Assembly (NCBI GenBank): GCA_033551855.1
Contig: JAWSUI010000044.1
Location: 1 to 29,395, forward strand
DNA length: 29,395 bases
Reading direction: 5' to 3'
From: Deferrisomatales bacterium
Lineage (GTDB): Bacteria > Desulfobacterota > Deferrisomatia > Deferrisomatales > JACRMM01
Program-made: the position numbers and the translations under genes
Notes under the pieces: generated by a model
The model's input: the letters and a program-made list of their open reading frames with translations, nothing else
What the model was told of the DNA's origin: nothing
Databases searched by the model: none
Shown here: positions 25,184-29,395 of the stretch, in pieces
Position numbering within the stretch: position 1 is the stretch's first letter
Layout of the letters: every line of letters begins with the position of its first letter

Positions 25184-25582
25184 CTACGGTGCCGTGCCGG
25201 CGCATCGGGGAAGACTCCCGCCGACCTCGCTCTCTCGCCCCAGGCTGGCGACCAGCCCACAGAGCCGGTCCAGGCAGAACGGCTTCTCCAAGCATGCCGA
25301 GGCCCCTTCGACGAGCGCCCGGTCTCTCATCTGCACCCCGAAGTCTCCCGAGATCACGACGATCGGAAGCCTCGCCGTCGCCGGATCGGCCCGAAGCCGT
25401 CGGACCAGCCCGAGCCCGCCCACTCCCGGCATGCGGAGGTCCGTGACGACGAGGTCGAAGTGCTCCCGGCGGGCAAGGGCCGCTTTCGCGCAGTCGGCCT
25501 CTGCCACCTCCCAGTGCTGCTCCAGGAACCTTACGAGCGCCTGGCGAAACGGAGCGTCGTTGTCGACGACGAGCACCCTCAC
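25184..25582 (-). CDS. Stand-alone CheY-like response regulator receiver
   Basis: AAGGAG RBS then GTG 25582; 132 aa. RVLVVDND, FDLVVTDLRMPGVGG (phospho-Asp), PIVVISG and LEKPF. Confidence 0.85.
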   Translation of the reverse strand: MRVLVVDNDAPFRQALVRFLEQHWEVAEADCAKAALARREHFDLVVTDLRMPGVGGLGLVRRLRADPATARLPIVVISGDFGVQMRDRALVEGASACLEKPFCLDRLCGLVASLGRESEVGGSLPRCAGTAP

Positions 25583-25767
25583 CGCCTCTCCTTCTCCGCG
25601 AGCCTTCGCGAATTGGGGAAGGACCGACCGGGGCCCGCGGGGCCTCACTCGGCGACGGTCGCCACGGCGGGCGCCAGGCCTCTGTCCCTCGAAACCCACC
25701 CCCATCGAGCCCACCAGCCCCGCGCCTGCCACGGACCCGGCCGGTAGGTGGGGGAGGAGAGGTCGCC

Positions 25768-28623
25768 ACGACCGGCGAAACCCCTGCCGACGGAGAACTC
25801 GCGACGGCGGAGCTCCTCCCCTCGAAGGAGCGCGTCCTTCCCGGAGAGCCAGCCCCACCGGGCCCTCCATGCCCGAGCCCCCGATGAGACCGCCGAACGG
25901 CCCCCCCACGTCCGGTCCCGCGGGTCGACCGGGGACGGCCCGTGCCGCAGCGCCGACTCGCGGTGGGCTCGCAGGCCCGGGGCCCTCCCTGCGCCTGGTG
26001 CCAGGTCGACGCCGGCGACCAGGACCTGGCGAGCTTCTTCCACTACCTGGGCCTGGCCGGCCAGGTCGCGGCGCCGCGCCGGAAGAAGCGCCTGCCCCAC
26101 CTCACCCCCGAGTACCTCCTGGGCATCCCCGCCTTCAGCCGAAACTTCTTCGAAGCCCTCTTCGACCGCCTCGGTGCCCTCGGGAAGGGTGCGCTCCTCG
26201 TCCTGGACAACGTCCACGAGGTCGACGAGGCGGCCCCGCTCCACACCGCGGTCCTGGAGGGGGTGAGCCGCGTTCCCGCGGGCTCGAGCATCCTCCTCGT
26301 CGGCCGCGGCGACCCTGCCCCCGCCTATGCGCGGCTTCGCACCTACGGGGAGCTCGAGCGGATCGGCTGGGACGAGCTTCGCCTCACGCCGGAGGAGTCC
26401 GAGGCCATCGTGGCCCTTCGCGGCCTCGCACCGGGGCCGGAGGACCTGCGCCTGCTGCACGACAAGTCACACGGGTGGGCCGCCGGGCTCCGACTCTTCC
26501 TGGAAGCCGTGCGAACCAGTGAAAACGCCCTTTCCCTCATCGAGGGCGCGGTCTCGGAGGAGGTCTTCGAGTACCTGCGCGAAGCCGTGTTCGATCGGCT
26601 GGACGCCGAGACGAGGGACTTCCTGCTCAAGACCTCCTTTCTGTCCGACGTCACGGTCTGCATGGCCCAAGAGTTGACCGGCCACCCCCAGGCGGCGCGG
26701 CTCCTCTCTTCCCTCCACCGGCACGGGGACTTCACCGAGAAACGCGTCCACTCCGAGGCCGCCTACCAGTACCACCCCCTCTTCCGGGAGTTCCTCGAGG
26801 AAAGGGCGCGGGAGGCGCTGTCCGCACAGGGGCTCTCCGGGGTGAAGCGCACGGCCGCGGCCCTCCTGGCGCGGGCGGACCGGCCCGAGGACGCGGCAAG
26901 GCTGCTGTCGGAGACCGGGGACTGGGAGGGGCTCGCCGGGCTGATCCTCCAGAACGCCCCGGTCCTCCTGCAGCAGGGGCGAAACCAGACCCTGGAGGGG
27001 TGGCTGCGGGCCCTGCCGGAGTCGGTGCTCCGGGGGCAGCCCTGGCTCCTCTACTGGCTGGGGGCGGCGCGGCTGCCCTACGCGCCGCCCGAGGCACAGG
27101 GATACTTCGAGCGGGCGTTTGCCGGGTTTCGGGAGCAGGAGAACCGGGAACAGGGCGGCGCCGGCCCGGGGCTCCTCCTCTCCTGGGCGGGGGTGGTGAG
27201 CGCCATCTGGTTCGCGTTCACCGACTTCCACGCGGCGGACCCGTGGCTGGCGCTCCTGCCGGGGCTCATCGGAGACCCGCGAAGTCTTCCGCCGGGGGAC
27301 GTGAGCGCCCAGGTGGCCTCGGCGGCCTACGGGATCCTGGCGGTCCACGCCCCGGACCACCCCGACCTGCCGGCCTGGGAGGAGGCGGCGCTGGCCCTCG
27401 AGCCCACCGCCCGGGACCCCGCGGTCCGGGTGAACATCCTGGCACACGGGATCGCCAGGAACCACTGGTCGGGGAGGCGCGCGGTGGCCGAGGCCCTCGT
27501 GGAGCGTCTGCGAGCTCTGGTGGCGAGTGGCCCTCTTCCTCCCCTTGCCGAGATATACGCCCTGCACGCCGAAAGCGTGTACGGTCTCGTGTACGGTGGG
27601 GTGGACCGCGCGGCCGCCGCCTGTCGCCAAGCCCTCGACATCGGCGTCGCCACAGGGCTGCACCTCGTACCGTTCGAGGTCTTCGTGCTGTTGACCCTCT
27701 CCCATGCGGAGCTCGCCGATCAACGGCCCGGCGAGGCGTGGAAGTGCCTCGAACGGATGACGCCCCTGCTCCCGCTCGCCCCGCCCTGGGCCCAGAGCAC
27801 GTGCTTCTACATGAGGGGGCGCCTTCGCTTCCTGGAGGGCCGGCCGGAAGCGGCCCTCGCCGAGGTCCGGGAGTCCCTTCGGCTCAGCGGGCCGGTGGGG
27901 GGCGTCTACAGTGACGGGCCCAGCCTGCTCCTGTTGGCCGAGATCCTTCACGGTCTCGGGAGGCGACGAGAGGCCTTTCGGAGTCTCACGGGCGCGCTGC
28001 GCCTCGCCCGATGCGGCAAGACCGGCCTCGTGGAACTCAACGCCCTCTGGCCCGACGCCGACGGCGCCGCGGCCTACCAGGCCTTCACGATCACCCTGCA
28101 CCGTCTGCGAAAGCTCCTGGGGGTCCCCGACGCCCTCGTGGTCCGGGAGGGGCGCCTCAGCCTCGACCCCCGTCGCTGCTGGGTGGACGCCTGGGTCTTC
28201 GAGGGGCTCCTCGGGGAAGGGGTGAGGGGGAAGAGCTCCCAGCCCCGCTCGGGCGCCGTCGAGAGGGCCCTGGACCTCTACCGGGGGCCCTTCCTTCCCG
28301 AGGAGGTGGACGAGCCCTGGGCGATCCACCTGCGCGAGCGCTTGCGGAGCCGGTATCTGAGGGGAGTGGAGGTCCTGGGCGCGCGTCTCGAGGACACAGG
28401 AAAGTGGGCCGAGGCCGCCGAGCACTACCGCCGGGCCCTGGAGGTCGACTCGTTGAGCGAGGAGCTGTGCCGGCGTCTCATGATCTGCCACGAGAAGCTC
28501 GGGCAGGCCAGCACTGCCCTGGCCGCCTTCGAGCGCTGCCGAAGGCTCCTCGGGGGAACCCTGGGCGTGGAGCCCTCTTCCGAGACGCGGCAGCTCGCCG
28601 AGCGCATACGGGCGAGGGGGTAG
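25768..28623 (+). pseudogene. MalT-like STAND NTPase-TPR-wHTH-BTAD transcriptional regulator, apparently degenerate
   Basis: The open frame 25942-28623 has WCQVDAGDQDLASFF, Walker B LVLDNVH, GWAAGL, FLLKTS, YQYHPLFREFL, a TPR region, LWPDADG..TLHRLRKLLG and BTAD (WVDAWVF, LYRGPFL, EELCRRLM, LGVEPS). It has no in-frame Walker A, an in-frame TGA at 25885 and lacks the first half of the wHTH. The 5' limit is tentative. Confidence 0.7.
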
Positions 28624-28633
28624 CAAGAGGAAT

Positions 28634-28655
28634 CCGCTCCTGCCGGCAGGAGCGG
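28634..28655. terminator. Perfect 22-bp palindrome (terminator hairpin or operator)
   Basis: CCGCTCCTGCCGGCAGGAGCGG is its own reverse complement. It lies 10 nt after the BTAD stop and 10 nt before a -35-like box. Confidence 0.55.
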
Positions 28656-28665
28656 GGCCCACAGC

Positions 28666-28695
28666 TTGACGGGAGGCGCAGCATCTCTCTACTCT
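28666..28695 (+). promoter_or_regulatory. Putative sigma70 promoter for the Uma2 gene
   Basis: TTGACG (28666-28671), 18-nt spacer, TACTCT (28690-28695); ATG at 28734. Confidence 0.45.
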
Positions 28696-28733
28696 TCAGG
28701 CGTGCGAGGAGAAGCGGTGCGAGGAGCATCCGG

Positions 28734-29309
28734 ATGAGTCAGCCGGCCAAGAGGCGAGCCTCTTACGAAGACCTGTACACCATCCCCGAGAACGCAACCG
28801 GGGAGATCCTCGACGGCGAACTGGTGGTAACGCCCCGGCCGTCGCCCGAGCACGCACTCGCCGCTTCCCGACTGGGAGGCCGTATCCTCCCGACGTACGA
28901 CTTCGGGCACGGGGGCGGCCCCGGCGGGTGGATCATCCTAGACGAGCCCGAGGTCCTCTTCGCGGGCAGGGGCGAGCCCCTGGTCCCGGACCTGGCCGGA
29001 TGGAGGAAGGAGCGGTTCCGGCGGTCTCGGGAGCACAACTGGATCGACGTGATCCCGGACTGGGTCTGCGAGGTCCTGTCCCCCGGCAGCGCCAAGAAGG
29101 ACCGGTTCACCAAGATGGACATCTACCGGGAGAGCCCCGAGGTCCATCACGTCTGGCTGGTAGATCCTTACCACAAGACCCTGGAGGTGTTCGGCCGCCA
29201 GGAGTCCGGCGCCTGGATCACCGCGAGCTTCTTCGCCGGGAACGACCGGGTCCGGGCCGAGCCCTTTCCGGAAGCGGAGTTCGACTTGGCGGGGCTGTGG
29301 CTGGAGTAG
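28734..29309 (+). CDS. Uma2 family (DUF820) PD-(D/E)xK endonuclease-fold protein
   Basis: GAGGAG RBS then ATG 28734; 191 aa. GEILDGELVVTPRP..EH, GGPGGWIILDEPE, LVPDLAGW, PDWVCEVLSPGS, K..IY, WLVDP..KTLEVF and RAEPF. Confidence 0.93.
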   Translation: MSQPAKRRASYEDLYTIPENATGEILDGELVVTPRPSPEHALAASRLGGRILPTYDFGHGGGPGGWIILDEPEVLFAGRGEPLVPDLAGWRKERFRRSREHNWIDVIPDWVCEVLSPGSAKKDRFTKMDIYRESPEVHHVWLVDPYHKTLEVFGRQESGAWITASFFAGNDRVRAEPFPEAEFDLAGLWLE

Positions 29310-29322
29310 GCGATCGGCGGGA

Positions 29323-29395
29323 CTCCTCCCTCCTGCCCTACCCGTGCCCCGGCCCGAGCACCTGGCCGCCATGAAGGCCTTCGCGGTCCGGAACG
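29323..29395 (+). pseudogene. Possible internal fragment of a nucleotidyltransferase (AbiEii-like/DUF6036-like) gene running off the window
   Basis: Frame 29323 reads LLPPALPVPRPEHLAAMKAFAVRN, resembling the 'vPv..pEhL.amK' motif of toxin-type nucleotidyltransferases. There is no room for the N-terminal part because Uma2 ends at 29309. Confidence 0.4.

Noticed and set aside
25942..29309. STAND NTPase plus nuclease as an Avs-like anti-phage system
   Set aside because: The STAND protein has the MalT/BTAD transcription-regulator architecture and is degenerate. Uma2 is separated from it by a hairpin and its own promoter-like sequence.

Overview
GC-rich (roughly 70% by eye) bacterial chromosomal window whose gene set suggests an anaerobic Gram-negative deltaproteobacterium/Desulfobacterota-like organism (inference). 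From left to right: (1) a stress/membrane block on + (AI-2E transporter, DUF883/ElaB-YqjD, YqjE-like and a small YqjK-like ORF), a previously unannotated 3' remnant of an Fe/Mn superoxide dismutase gene, and a tamB-omp85 pair on -; (2) a TPR protein preceded by a 167-nt inverted-repeat-bounded element; (3) cytidylate-kinase-like, ACT and PanE-like genes on -; (4) a translationally coupled + operon yjbQ-phoH-PBP1A-pabB-pabC-DUF362/4Fe-4S-hydantoinase A-like ATPase, then a heptamer tandem repeat and an HDAC-family amidohydrolase with a Cys-rich tail; (5) glnS on -; (6) an accessory, decaying region with a stand-alone receiver, a MalT-like STAND/TPR/BTAD regulator with a scrambled 5' end and an internal deletion, a Uma2 nuclease and a probable nucleotidyltransferase fragment. 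No rRNA, tRNA, CRISPR array or transposase was recognised. The best candidate for an undescribed system is the HyuA-like ATPase (no HyuB partner) plus HDAC-fold amidohydrolase, coupled to DUF362 Fe-S and pABA genes. All calls come from motif recognition by eye; no database searches were run.
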